From Spirochaetales bacterium (GTDB lineage Bacteria; Spirochaetota; Spirochaetia; Sphaerochaetales; Sphaerochaetaceae), in contig JALFCJ010000236.1 of NCBI GenBank assembly GCA_022771185.1, forward strand, positions 1 to 32,587: a DNA stretch of 32,587 bases. Reading direction: 5' to 3'. Below, one piece after another: positions 16,773 to 25,500 of this stretch. Numbering within the stretch: position 1 is the first letter of the stretch; the number at the start of each line of letters is the position of its first letter. The notes under the pieces are model-generated. The model saw nothing but the letters and a program-made list of their open reading frames with translations. It did no database searches and had not been told where the DNA came from. The position numbers and the translations under genes are program-made.

Positions 16773-17921
16773 ATGAAACGAAAACCTATAATCATCTTTG
16801 GCTTTTTGGTATTTGCCATTCTTTTGGCTTTATTCTCTTTTGATGTTTTCGATACTTCTCAAAAGACTTCCTTTACTCAGTTCATAAGCTTAGTGAATGA
16901 AGGGAAAGTCGAATCCATATCCATCCAAGGAGAAGTGTTAAAAGTAAAAAGTGAAGGAAAGACCCTCTCTGTTCCAAACCCTGACTATCCTACTTTCAAA
17001 AGGGATATGATGGAGAAAGGAATAAGGGTATCTGATGATACAACAACTCTGGACGACATATTAAACTCCCTCTTTAACGTCCTGTTCCTTGCTCTATTTA
17101 TCTTTGCTCTATATAAAGCGCTCTATTGGTATTCTTCCACTTTCAAGATAGTAAGACACACAGGGATTCATTTCTCCGATATCGCGGGAATGGATGAAGT
17201 GAAGAGAGATATGGAAAACATCGTAAAAGAGATGAAGAGCCCTGATGAAAATAGCAAAAGAGTTAAAGGAATTATTCTTGAGGGACCTCCAGGAAACGGA
17301 AAGACTCTCTTTGCAAGGGCACTGGCAGAAGAATCAGGTGTAAACTTCATAGCCACAAAAGGTGCAGATTTCCAAGGCGCCGTCATGGGACTGGGTGCAA
17401 TGAAAGTAAAGATGCTCTTCAAAAAAGCAAGAAGCAAGAAACCTTGCATCGTGTTCATAGATGAATTCGACTCAATAGGCGAAAAGAGAAACTATGCTGG
17501 AAGCGGTATTGATAAAGAAAACAATAGAATACTCACAACTCTTTTAAATGAAATGGATGGTTTTAGCGGGGACAAAGGGGTAATGGTTGTAGCAGCAACA
17601 AACTCATTCCAATCTCTGGATCCAGCTCTAATAAGACCAGGCAGATTTGATCTGAAGTACACTATTTCAAATCCCGACCAGAAGACACGAATGGAGCTTT
17701 TGGCAATCTATGGAAAGGGAAAGACCTTCTCTTCAGATCTTACTCCCCAGATTCTCTCCACCATCTTTGACGGACTCTCTTCAGCAGCTATCGAAAGCGT
17801 TATTAATCAAGCGGAAGAAATAAGAAGAAGTTACAATAAAGAAACGATAACTATTGAATGTATCGTCGCTTCTGCTTCCAAGTGCAGAGAAAAGCTAAAT
17901 ATAAAAATAAAGAAGAATTAG
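16773..17921 (+). CDS. Membrane-anchored FtsH-like AAA+ ATPase without an M41 protease domain
   Basis: Two TM segments flank an FtsH_ext-like segment. It has Walker A GPPGNGKT, Walker B IVFIDEFD, and the second region of homology ATNSFQSLDPALIRPGRFD. The protein ends about 130 aa after the AAA core with no HEXXH motif. I prefer the ATG at 16773 (MKRKPIIIFGF...) over the track start at 16659. Confidence 0.75.
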   Translation: MKRKPIIIFGFLVFAILLALFSFDVFDTSQKTSFTQFISLVNEGKVESISIQGEVLKVKSEGKTLSVPNPDYPTFKRDMMEKGIRVSDDTTTLDDILNSLFNVLFLALFIFALYKALYWYSSTFKIVRHTGIHFSDIAGMDEVKRDMENIVKEMKSPDENSKRVKGIILEGPPGNGKTLFARALAEESGVNFIATKGADFQGAVMGLGAMKVKMLFKKARSKKPCIVFIDEFDSIGEKRNYAGSGIDKENNRILTTLLNEMDGFSGDKGVMVVAATNSFQSLDPALIRPGRFDLKYTISNPDQKTRMELLAIYGKGKTFSSDLTPQILSTIFDGLSSAAIESVINQAEEIRRSYNKETITIECIVASASKCREKLNIKIKKN

Positions 17922-17944
17922 TAAACTGAGATATTATCACGCTG

Positions 17945-17986
17945 AAAAAGGCGGCCTGACACAATAGATATGTCGCCTTTTTTATT
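17945..17986 (+). terminator. Rho-independent terminator after the AAA ATPase gene
   Basis: AAAAAGGCG ... CGCCTTTTTTATT, with an inner GACA/TGTC stem. A T-run follows. Confidence 0.6.
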
Positions 17987-18042
17987 ACAGTCTCTTTTTT
18001 AGCTACGCTTAAAGATGTTCTTTCTATTATTTTTTTTAATTC

Positions 18043-18050
18043 TTTTATTA
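18043..18050. repeat. Candidate 8-bp target-site duplication (left copy) of the IS66 element
   Basis: TTTTATTA directly abuts G18051, the first nt of the IS. It is identical to 22523-22530. Both flanks are AT-rich, so a chance match is possible. Confidence 0.45.
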
Positions 18051-18051
18051 G

Positions 18052-19931
18052 GTCGAGTAGACAGATGCATTGCGTAGCCTCCAGTGCCAAGCAAATGCAT
18101 CCACCCCTCACAGAACCGTACGTGCGCTACTAACGCATACGGCTCTTCATTTTAATCTTTTGTTGTTACCAAAGCTTTACATATACTTTAGGACTCACGA
18201 TGGGCGTCTGTTTCATGAAGATATTGAACTTTTCCCAATTTATCCTCTTCTTTTGTCCTCTACGTCTTAAGACTCTATATAGCGTTTTGATGCAGTAGTT
18301 TCTAAATGAACTGAGACTTTTTGTATTTCCACTTACACCGTAATAATGATAGTGACCAAGCAGTTTAACATTTAGCTTAGTTACAATGTCCGAGATAGGA
18401 CAATGCATCACACTATATAACCATTCTTTTATGGCTTGCCTTTTAGCTTTCATCTTCTTTTTACTGGAAAGAACTACTACAACGTAAAAGCTTTTATGGA
18501 CCATTCCATTGTGAAAAGAAAAACCAAGGAATTCAAATGATTCTTTTGAACCACTACCTTTACCAAAAGGTAATATTCTAGTTTTGTCTTCAGCAATCTC
18601 AAGACCAAATTTTGCAAGTCTCTTTGGCAGTACAGCGTAAAATGCTTTGGCATCCTCTTCATACTGAAAGCATGCTAGAAAGTCGTCTGCATATCTAATG
18701 ATATAGGCTTCACCTTTTACATGTTTCTTTACCACCTTCTCAAACCATAGGTCGAGGACGTAATGAAGATAAACATTTGCAATATAAGGACTTATTAATC
18801 CCCCCTGTGGAGCGCCTAGAGTACTTTCCTGCATTATACCTTTATCCATTATTCCGGCTTTGAGAAATCTAATGATGTATCTGATAAGGTTTTCATCAGC
18901 AATATCGTTTCTAAGAAACTTTATTATCCATTCATGATTCATATTGTCGAAGAACCCTTTTATATCTGCTTCAACAACCCAACCTATAGGACGTTTATAA
19001 ATAATATCTCTAATGGTTTTGATTGCATCATGAGCACTTCTATCAGGTCTAAAACCATATGAACAATCCAGAAATCTTGGTTCATATACACCATTCAGCA
19101 CTTTTGCAAGCACACCTTGAACAAGCTTGTCTTCATATGACGGTATTCCTAAAGGACGAAGCTTTCCATTAGCCTTGGGAATGTATACTCTTTTGACCGC
19201 TTGCGGTCTATAAGAGAATGTTTTCATTCGTTTAAGCAAATTATCAAGATTTGCATCAAGGTTCCTGTTGTATTCATCTTTGGTAACACAATCGACTCCA
19301 ACAGCCTTGTTTCTGAGTTGTAGTTTATGCTCTTTCTCGAGATTCACTTTATTGACGTAGTGAATTAACGTCTGAAGCTTATCATGCTTCTTTGACAACA
19401 ACATTATTTCCTTTTCGTAATTTTCCACAATTTACGGAGCCTCCAGTACTCCATGTGTCCACTCTAAGGAACCGACTAAAATGTGTCTCCCTTCGCTCCG
19501 CTGTGTTTCCACAGTTTCATCACTACTATGAAGACATCCGACTACTTACATTTGCGTCCTGAATCTTGCTTTTACACTTGTATCCAGTCGTTCTGCTCAC
19601 TTTGAGCCAGATAAAAATGTAAGTCCTCCCAGGTATGACATACACACCTTGCACACTCGCCACGCTCTACGACCCCGATGAGTTCTCAACAGTCATCGCC
19701 TTTATCGATTGTTTCTTGCTGTCTGCTGCCCGGTTAAACGCATCGACACTCATACGATAATTTCACGAGGCTCAATCGCATTCAGGTTTCCCTTGCGGCT
19801 CTTGTGCTTTCCTGCCTACGCTTAAACCTAATCTCACGACTTCGGCTCCAAGGCTGGATACTGACTGCTGGCTGGGCTTTGTCAGGTTGGGAGTTTCACC
19901 CAACTATGTGTATGACACCGAACTGGCGCAC
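18052..19931 (-). mobile_element. Bacterial group II intron (about 1880 nt) with an intron-encoded reverse transcriptase/maturase
   Basis: On the minus strand the 5' end reads GTGCGCC (19931 downward). Domain V, GAGCCGTATGCGTTAGTAGCGCACGTACGGTTC, lies at 18145-18113. A domain VI helix (GATGCATT/AATGCATC plus an outer extension) has a bulged A at 18058, 6 nt before a GAC 3' end at 18052. The RT ORF sits in domain IV. The 3' boundary comes from manual folding and from reconstitution of the IS66 terminus. Confidence 0.85.
18166..19428 (-). CDS. Group II intron reverse transcriptase/maturase (no endonuclease domain)
   Basis: 420-aa ORF with RT motifs RPLGIPSYEDKLVQ, GFRP, GAPQGGLISP and the catalytic YADDF, plus a maturase X-like C-terminus. 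It ends without an HNH/En Cys-rich domain. Confidence 0.95.
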   Translation of the reverse strand: MENYEKEIMLLSKKHDKLQTLIHYVNKVNLEKEHKLQLRNKAVGVDCVTKDEYNRNLDANLDNLLKRMKTFSYRPQAVKRVYIPKANGKLRPLGIPSYEDKLVQGVLAKVLNGVYEPRFLDCSYGFRPDRSAHDAIKTIRDIIYKRPIGWVVEADIKGFFDNMNHEWIIKFLRNDIADENLIRYIIRFLKAGIMDKGIMQESTLGAPQGGLISPYIANVYLHYVLDLWFEKVVKKHVKGEAYIIRYADDFLACFQYEEDAKAFYAVLPKRLAKFGLEIAEDKTRILPFGKGSGSKESFEFLGFSFHNGMVHKSFYVVVVLSSKKKMKAKRQAIKEWLYSVMHCPISDIVTKLNVKLLGHYHYYGVSGNTKSLSSFRNYCIKTLYRVLRRRGQKKRINWEKFNIFMKQTPIVSPKVYVKLW

Positions 19932-19948
19932 TAACCGTCAAATAAAAG
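19932..19948 (+). repeat. IS66 left terminal inverted repeat (nt 2-18; nt 1 is separated from it by the intron)
   Basis: TAACCGTCAAATAAAAG compared with the right end, read inward, TAAGCGTCAAATGAAAG. Confidence 0.75.
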
Positions 19949-20003
19949 CCTAAGGCCATTCCATCAATCATTGAGTAACATAAGCTCATGAACATATGGA
20001 GGC

Positions 20004-20336
20004 ATGGTTATGGAATCATCAGTATCACCAAAGAACCGTTTATCAACATCAGAAAAGAGTAATTATGTATCTCAGTGGAAAGCATCTGGACTATCACAGA
20101 AGCAGTTCTGTAGGAATATGGGTATCAGCCCTACAACCTTTTCTGGATGGATTCATCAATTATCAGCAATAGAGAATAGGAAAGAAGTGCATTCGATCCC
20201 TTTTATTAAAGTAGAGAGTAAAACACCTTCTTTTCTGGAACATTCAATTACCATGGAATATCACGGAGCAAGAATTAACCTTCCTCAATCATTATTGCCA
20301 AAGGTTATTAAAGAACTCTCAAAGGTTAACGGCTGA
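20004..20336 (+). CDS. tnpA: IS66-family accessory protein TnpA (Orf1-like, HTH)
   Basis: 110-aa ORF. SGLSQKQFCRNMGISPTTFSGWIHQL is an HTH followed by the short beta-rich tail usual for IS66 Orf1. It starts 72 nt inside the left IR. Confidence 0.7.
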   Translation: MVMESSVSPKNRLSTSEKSNYVSQWKASGLSQKQFCRNMGISPTTFSGWIHQLSAIENRKEVHSIPFIKVESKTPSFLEHSITMEYHGARINLPQSLLPKVIKELSKVNG

Positions 20337-22026
20337 AGCCAGTGAGAATGTAATCTCCTATCCTCTCTTCATCAGGCCTAGCTTCTCTTATGGCTTTATC
20401 ATAGAAATCAAGTCTAGAGAGATCTGCATTCCAGGGAAGAAGAGAATCATAATCTTTCTCTTCTGTTGTTGGACCAAACCTGAGTACAAACTCCATGTAT
20501 CTCTCAGCATTAAGTCCACACTCTTTTGCGCTCATTAATAGAGAATAGAAGAAACAAGATGCATCAGCACCATCAATTGACTTGCAGAAAAGCCAGTTGT
20601 GTCTTCCTACGGCAATGCGCCTTGCTGCATTCTCACACACATTGTTATCTGGTGTTAGCTCTACATAATCAAGATAGACATAAAGGTTATCTTTATAGAA
20701 GCGCAGGTAATCCAATCCTTTCTGCAACTCTGCTGAGGTGACAAGCTTGCCAAACTCCTTATCTACCATCTCAAAAATGGAATCAATAATAGGCTTTGTC
20801 ATCTTCTTTCTCTTATCAATGAACTCTTCTGCTGAAATCTCTCCCTTATGAAGCTCCTTCCTGCAGTTCTTATCAATTGTGTATAACTGGGAATGAAGAT
20901 TCAACAGCTTGAATACCTTCATGTCTTTCTTGTTGAGTCTGGCATAGTTCTTGAAGTGCCTTACTGCATGTGTCCAGCAAACAGCATGCCTCTTTTGGTA
21001 GATTCTATTATCATCCATGTACCCTTTGAGCCCATCGGTCAATAATGGTCCATTGAAGCAGGCCTTCTTGAATCCATCAAAAAGGCATTCTCTCGTTCTT
21101 CCTATGCTGTAAAAGTAATTGATTACTCTCCGGTACACTCTTTTCTCTTCATCAAAGGTCGTCCCAACTCTTATCAGTACAAATGAATTAGAACTGGTCC
21201 TTCCACTTTCACTTTTTACATCCAACACTTCAATCGGCGTCTCATCTTGATTGAGAACTCTCATCTTGAATACTTGTTCTCTAAAGTACCTGTCAAAACC
21301 TGTCAGTTCTCCGTAATAGGTAATAAGCCAATTACTCATCGTTTGCCTTGAAAGATTAAGCCCTTGCTCTTTGCATGTCTCAGAATATCTATAGAGAGGA
21401 CAGCTGTTGTAGTATTTCTGGAATACAATATTCGCAACCATAGATGCATCACAGCTAAGAGCATCTGTCTTTGCATTATTGAATCCTACTATCTTTTTTT
21501 CTTCTGTCCCTTCTACCTCAACATCCGTTACCCATGTTGGATAGATTGCTTTAACAAGCCTTCTTTCAGAGGGCCTATAACAAAGCTTTAAAACAACTTC
21601 GTCTTCCCCTCTCTTGTAAACAATACCATCCTTTTCAATTGTTTCTGGTGCATCTGTTGTATAATCATCTGTGAAGATTGGGGTGTTAGCAGGGAATACC
21701 ATCCCTATTGTTCTTTTCTTTCTTGTTTTCTCTTCTTTTGCAGCAGAAGATTCTTCCGCTTTCCCTTCTGTTACTTCTTCTGCATATTTAATGATTGCTT
21801 CCAATTCAGGAAAGAGAAGCTGAACAGCTTCTGTAGAAGGTAAATAGTTCTTGGCATTTGCCAGTCTTCTCAACTCCTCAATATTTGCAATTATTCCTTC
21901 CAATTCTTTTACCTTGTTAAGAAGTACTACATTATCGTTATAGAGTGAGTAAACAACATCCTTCAGCATTGGTTTATCCATGCTTTCTACACTCTCTCTT
22001 GTAATGCTTATTTTCTTCTCACTCAT
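20326..22026 (-). CDS. tnpC: IS66-family DDE transposase TnpC
   Basis: 566-aa ORF with an N-terminal coiled coil, DDE_Tnp_IS66-like motifs LNQDETPIEVL, LLTDGLKGY and CWTHAVRHF, and a C-terminal LLPWN. Confidence 0.9.
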   Translation of the reverse strand: MSEKKISITRESVESMDKPMLKDVVYSLYNDNVVLLNKVKELEGIIANIEELRRLANAKNYLPSTEAVQLLFPELEAIIKYAEEVTEGKAEESSAAKEEKTRKKRTIGMVFPANTPIFTDDYTTDAPETIEKDGIVYKRGEDEVVLKLCYRPSERRLVKAIYPTWVTDVEVEGTEEKKIVGFNNAKTDALSCDASMVANIVFQKYYNSCPLYRYSETCKEQGLNLSRQTMSNWLITYYGELTGFDRYFREQVFKMRVLNQDETPIEVLDVKSESGRTSSNSFVLIRVGTTFDEEKRVYRRVINYFYSIGRTRECLFDGFKKACFNGPLLTDGLKGYMDDNRIYQKRHAVCWTHAVRHFKNYARLNKKDMKVFKLLNLHSQLYTIDKNCRKELHKGEISAEEFIDKRKKMTKPIIDSIFEMVDKEFGKLVTSAELQKGLDYLRFYKDNLYVYLDYVELTPDNNVCENAARRIAVGRHNWLFCKSIDGADASCFFYSLLMSAKECGLNAERYMEFVLRFGPTTEEKDYDSLLPWNADLSRLDFYDKAIREARPDEERIGDYILTGFSR

Positions 22027-22108
22027 GGAATTAAATATATCACAATTGGCTATTTAATTCAATATATTACAATAAATTAGTCTCTAAAAAACAAAGAAAT
22101 TAACTCCC

Positions 22109-22441
22109 TTAAAAGTGCGGAAACCTCCTCCACGGATCTCCTCCTTTTAGCATCTCTATTATCTCTTCCCAACTAGCTTCTATTTTTTCTTCTGTATCGT
22201 TTGGCCACTTGAAACCTAAACCGCAATTAAGTCTTTTCGATATCTCTAACCATCCATTTCCATCCCATGCTATTGCTGTTACCCTTCTATGATTCTTTCC
22301 ACAGAAGATAAAGATGCTTTTATCTTGCGGATTAAGATTCATTTCACTTCTTACCATCAATGATAGTGTTTCGGCTCTCTTCCTCATGTCTGTTACGCCT
22401 GGCTTGATGTAGATGCTATATGACTCTAGATTAATTTCCAT
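22109..22441 (-). CDS. tnpB: IS66-family accessory protein TnpB (Orf2)
   Basis: 110-aa ORF with IYIKPGVTDMRK, IFIFCGKNHRRVTAIAWDGNGW and SKRLNCGLGFKWP, as in IS66 Orf2. It starts 80 nt inside the right IR. Confidence 0.9.
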   Translation of the reverse strand: MEINLESYSIYIKPGVTDMRKRAETLSLMVRSEMNLNPQDKSIFIFCGKNHRRVTAIAWDGNGWLEISKRLNCGLGFKWPNDTEEKIEASWEEIIEMLKGGDPWRRFPHF

Positions 22442-22503
22442 CCCTTTGTAGTTCTCCTATCCTCATGAAGGAGTCTACTACTTTAGCTATTTTCAATTTG
22501 GAA

Positions 22504-22521
22504 CTTTCATTTGACGCTTAC
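22504..22521 (-). repeat. IS66 right terminal inverted repeat
   Basis: The plus strand reads CTTTCATTTGACGCTTAC; the reverse complement is GTAAGCGTCAAATGAAAG. Confidence 0.75.
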
Positions 22522-22522
22522 A

Positions 22523-22530
22523 TTTTATTA
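22523..22530. repeat. Candidate 8-bp target-site duplication (right copy)
   Basis: TTTTATTA is identical to 18043-18050. It is separated from the IS terminal C22521 by one A. Confidence 0.4.
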
Positions 22531-22538
22531 TCGTATGA

Positions 22539-25500
22539 CTATGAAAACAGCTTGTATATAGCAGATGTTATTTTTTCCTTGCGCTTAAGCTTTTTTCTTT
22601 TTGTTTCCAGGGTATTCTTCAGGCCATTAGGCGTTTCATCCCCAAAGAATTCGTTTAGTTTTTCTGAAATACTATCAATCTCTGTGGTTTTTTTGGAAGA
22701 TTCTATCTCAAGAATTGTTTTCTGTTCTATTTCCCTAGACAGTGTTTTCTTGTATCTAAGACAATCCTCTAGACATTCTGAAACACCTTCAATAAATGCA
22801 TATTCTGAAATCGACTTTGTGATTTTATTAATTTCTGGAATTGTCTTGGCTGCCTTAACTGAAAGAATAGTATTGTTGAGTATCCGCTTTACCGCATTAA
22901 GAAAAGCTTCATCAAATATTTGTTTGTTTTCTGAATAGTAATCACACAATTGCCGACAAGCTTCGTCTTTTATTTCTATGCATCTTTGAATAGATGATGC
23001 AAGTAGGAGAGCTTCAATATAATTATTTTGGTATTGAAAATAAATATCGTTAATCTTTATCTCACATTCAGAGAATAAACTTTTGTATTCTGGTATGTCT
23101 AAGCATTCTTCTGCTATTTTGAGAATTTCAGAGCATTCATCCACAGACTCAGCTTTTTGAAGTTTCATTCGCAGAGATGGCAGATTACTGATTTTTATTT
23201 TTATTTGCTCTTCTTTCTTTTTAAGTTCCTGTTGTTTCTTTCGACAATCGGTGAAAAAGTCTTCGTATTCTGGTATGCCAATACAGTTTTCTGTCTTTCG
23301 CAGGAGTAATGAGCATGATCTTGAAGAGCATGCCATCTCTATTTGTCTGAACAATGAAGGAAGTTCACTGATTCTTTCCTCAATCCTTTTATTATTAATA
23401 TCCTTTAAAAGAATGGAAAGGGCATTTACTAATCTATGTTTTTCTTTCTCTTCTTTGCATTTCTGCAAAAATAATTGATTACAGATTTCCACATGTTTTT
23501 TTGCATCCGAATATGATAGTAGTTGTGAAAACTTTTGTGCTGCGATTAGATAATCTGTGCTACTCTTCGCATTTGTTTCACAGATTATTGCTTCCTGGTA
23601 TTGTATTGATTTTATCTTTGATAGATATAGCTGAATAAGTTCTGCGGTGTTAGGGTAATCAATTATTTCTGATAATGTTTCTATGATGTCATAGATTTGG
23701 CTAATAGAAAGCTTTTTATCTATCTGATTCTCTAGTCTCAAGTAATGATATTCCTGGATTTCAGAGTAATTGCTTATGATATCCATGTATATGGCATTGA
23801 GATAATTATCTAAACATCCTCCCCATTCCCCTAGGAAATTAGAGATTTCTTCTTCCAATTTCTGGATCTTTGGCTTTATTGATGTAATTGGAGAAAGAAA
23901 ACTTATTTGTAAACTATCAATAATCTTTTCAATTGATTTATAGTTTTTTCTTAAATCAAGACATAAATCGAGAATCTTAATGTAATGGCTAATATCTACA
24001 CCTTGTAATGGTCCAACTATTTTCAGCTGGTTTTTACAATCGTAGAAACATGATAGATCCTTTTCTAGCAAAGAAGAGGGAAAATTGCAGAAGAACTTAT
24101 AGATTGGAAAAACTGTTTGAATCATTTCGTATCGTTCTTCAATAGCATTCTTGAGAGATGCCAGCTGATTTGCCCAGAGAGTCCATGAAGTCTCACTTAA
24201 ATCTGATAGTCTTTGTAGTAGTAGAGAAAGATAATGAGGATTTATATCATTCAACAATCTATGCGGAAAGTTGTCCTTAATGAAATAACACAAGTCAGAG
24301 TTTGAAATATTAGATGAATCCAAGGTTTTCAGTCTGATGTTATTTAGTGAAGAGACCTTGCTCTTTATTTCAAGTACAACACTATAGTCATTAATGTATT
24401 GAATTGCATCTCTAAAGCAAGTCTGCACTTCAGGTAATATATTATATTGTGCAAAACTAGGCATGTTGTCTTTGAGCAAGATGTCTATTGCTTTTGAAGA
24501 GACTACGTTAGAATCGAATTTATAGTCCATTTTTGTTATGGTTCTGAATCTAGTAATGAATTGATTTAGAAAGCTATAAGCTTTTTCTGTACACTGAGGG
24601 CATACTTGTGGTTTACCATCTTCTAAAAGACTCTTCTTTTCAACATATTTATTACCACAACAAATACAATCTACATTGATATTATCTTTACAATTTTCGC
24701 ATATTTTTTCATTTTCAGATGCAGAAAAGAACTCTTCTCCGCAACGACGGCATTTATGATTATATAGTTTCTTGCCAAGTACCATATCTTTTGTACATAT
24801 GGGTAGTCCTTTATTTATTGTGAATGGTATTTGAGATTTACAAAACAGACATTCGTGTATTTTACCTTTCTCAAACCAATATGGATAAGATGTTGGCAAC
24901 AATTGTCCAAAACTTGATCCTTGTTTCGATAGAAATGAAAAGTCGTCCATGTAGCGACTGAAAGCAGAAACCCATTCCTTTAGGTTTGGTCTATTTCGCC
25001 TATTATTGTCAAATGATGTAAAAGCCCTGACAAAGAGTCTTCTTATATATACAGGAAGATTCCCCCAAATATACATGGACGGCCCAATAGGAACGGAATC
25101 CTGCACAGTACCATCTATATTGTAAGAAAAGAAGTATTTCTGTTCTTTTTCTTCGTTTTCGGGAAGTTCCCTATGATTAAAATAGTTGATATCGAGAAAC
25201 AGAATCTTAAAAAAAAGAGCTGCTGCAGAAAATCTTTCTCCATAGATATCTCTGAGAAAGTTATTAAACTTCCTGCCTTCCCACTCTGGAGGTGTTAAAT
25301 CCGGTGTTCCTACAGGACAAGGAAACTCATCAATTTGGAAGCTATCGACGTCTACTATATATACTTTATAATCTTCAGTAATCAAGAAGTTTTCTGGCTT
25401 TAAGTCCCCAACCAATACTTGATGATTTTCTACGTTACTTAGAGAAGAAAGGATTTGTGCTATCTGAAGGCATATGGAAACCAGTTCCTTCCTATTATAA

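Larger units (their letters stand above)
19932..22521. mobile_element. IS66-family insertion sequence; about 2591 bp once the intron is removed, with its first nt at 18051
   Basis: Terminal inverted repeats read inward as G|TAACCGTCAAATAAAAG (18051 + 19932-19948) and GTAAGCGTCAAATGAAAG (22521-22504), 16/18 identical, with the GTAA start typical of the family. The element contains tnpA-, tnpB- and tnpC-like ORFs. Confidence 0.8.

Noticed and set aside
16659-16819. Long N-terminal extensions that make the permease ORF (start 16819) and the AAA ORF (start 16659) overlap head-to-head by 161 nt
   Set aside because: The internal starts (16711, with a GGGGAGAG RBS, and 16773, just before the first TM helix) give normal N-termini and a 61-bp divergent intergenic region. 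The extensions have no family-like sequence.
18003-18016. TTAAGCGTAG (minus strand), which resembles the IS66 GTAAGCGTC terminus and could be a third IR
   Set aside because: Only a 7-mer (TAAGCGT) is shared and there is no further similarity to either IR. Once the intron is removed, the IS ends are fully accounted for by 18051 + 19932 and 22521. A 7-mer match is expected by chance in 65 kb of two-strand sequence.
22465-22938. 157-aa plus-strand ORF spanning the IS66 right end and the kinase 3' end
   Set aside because: It crosses the IS boundary and is antisense to the kinase gene. Its Phe/Ser/Leu-rich composition is what AT-rich antisense sequence produces.
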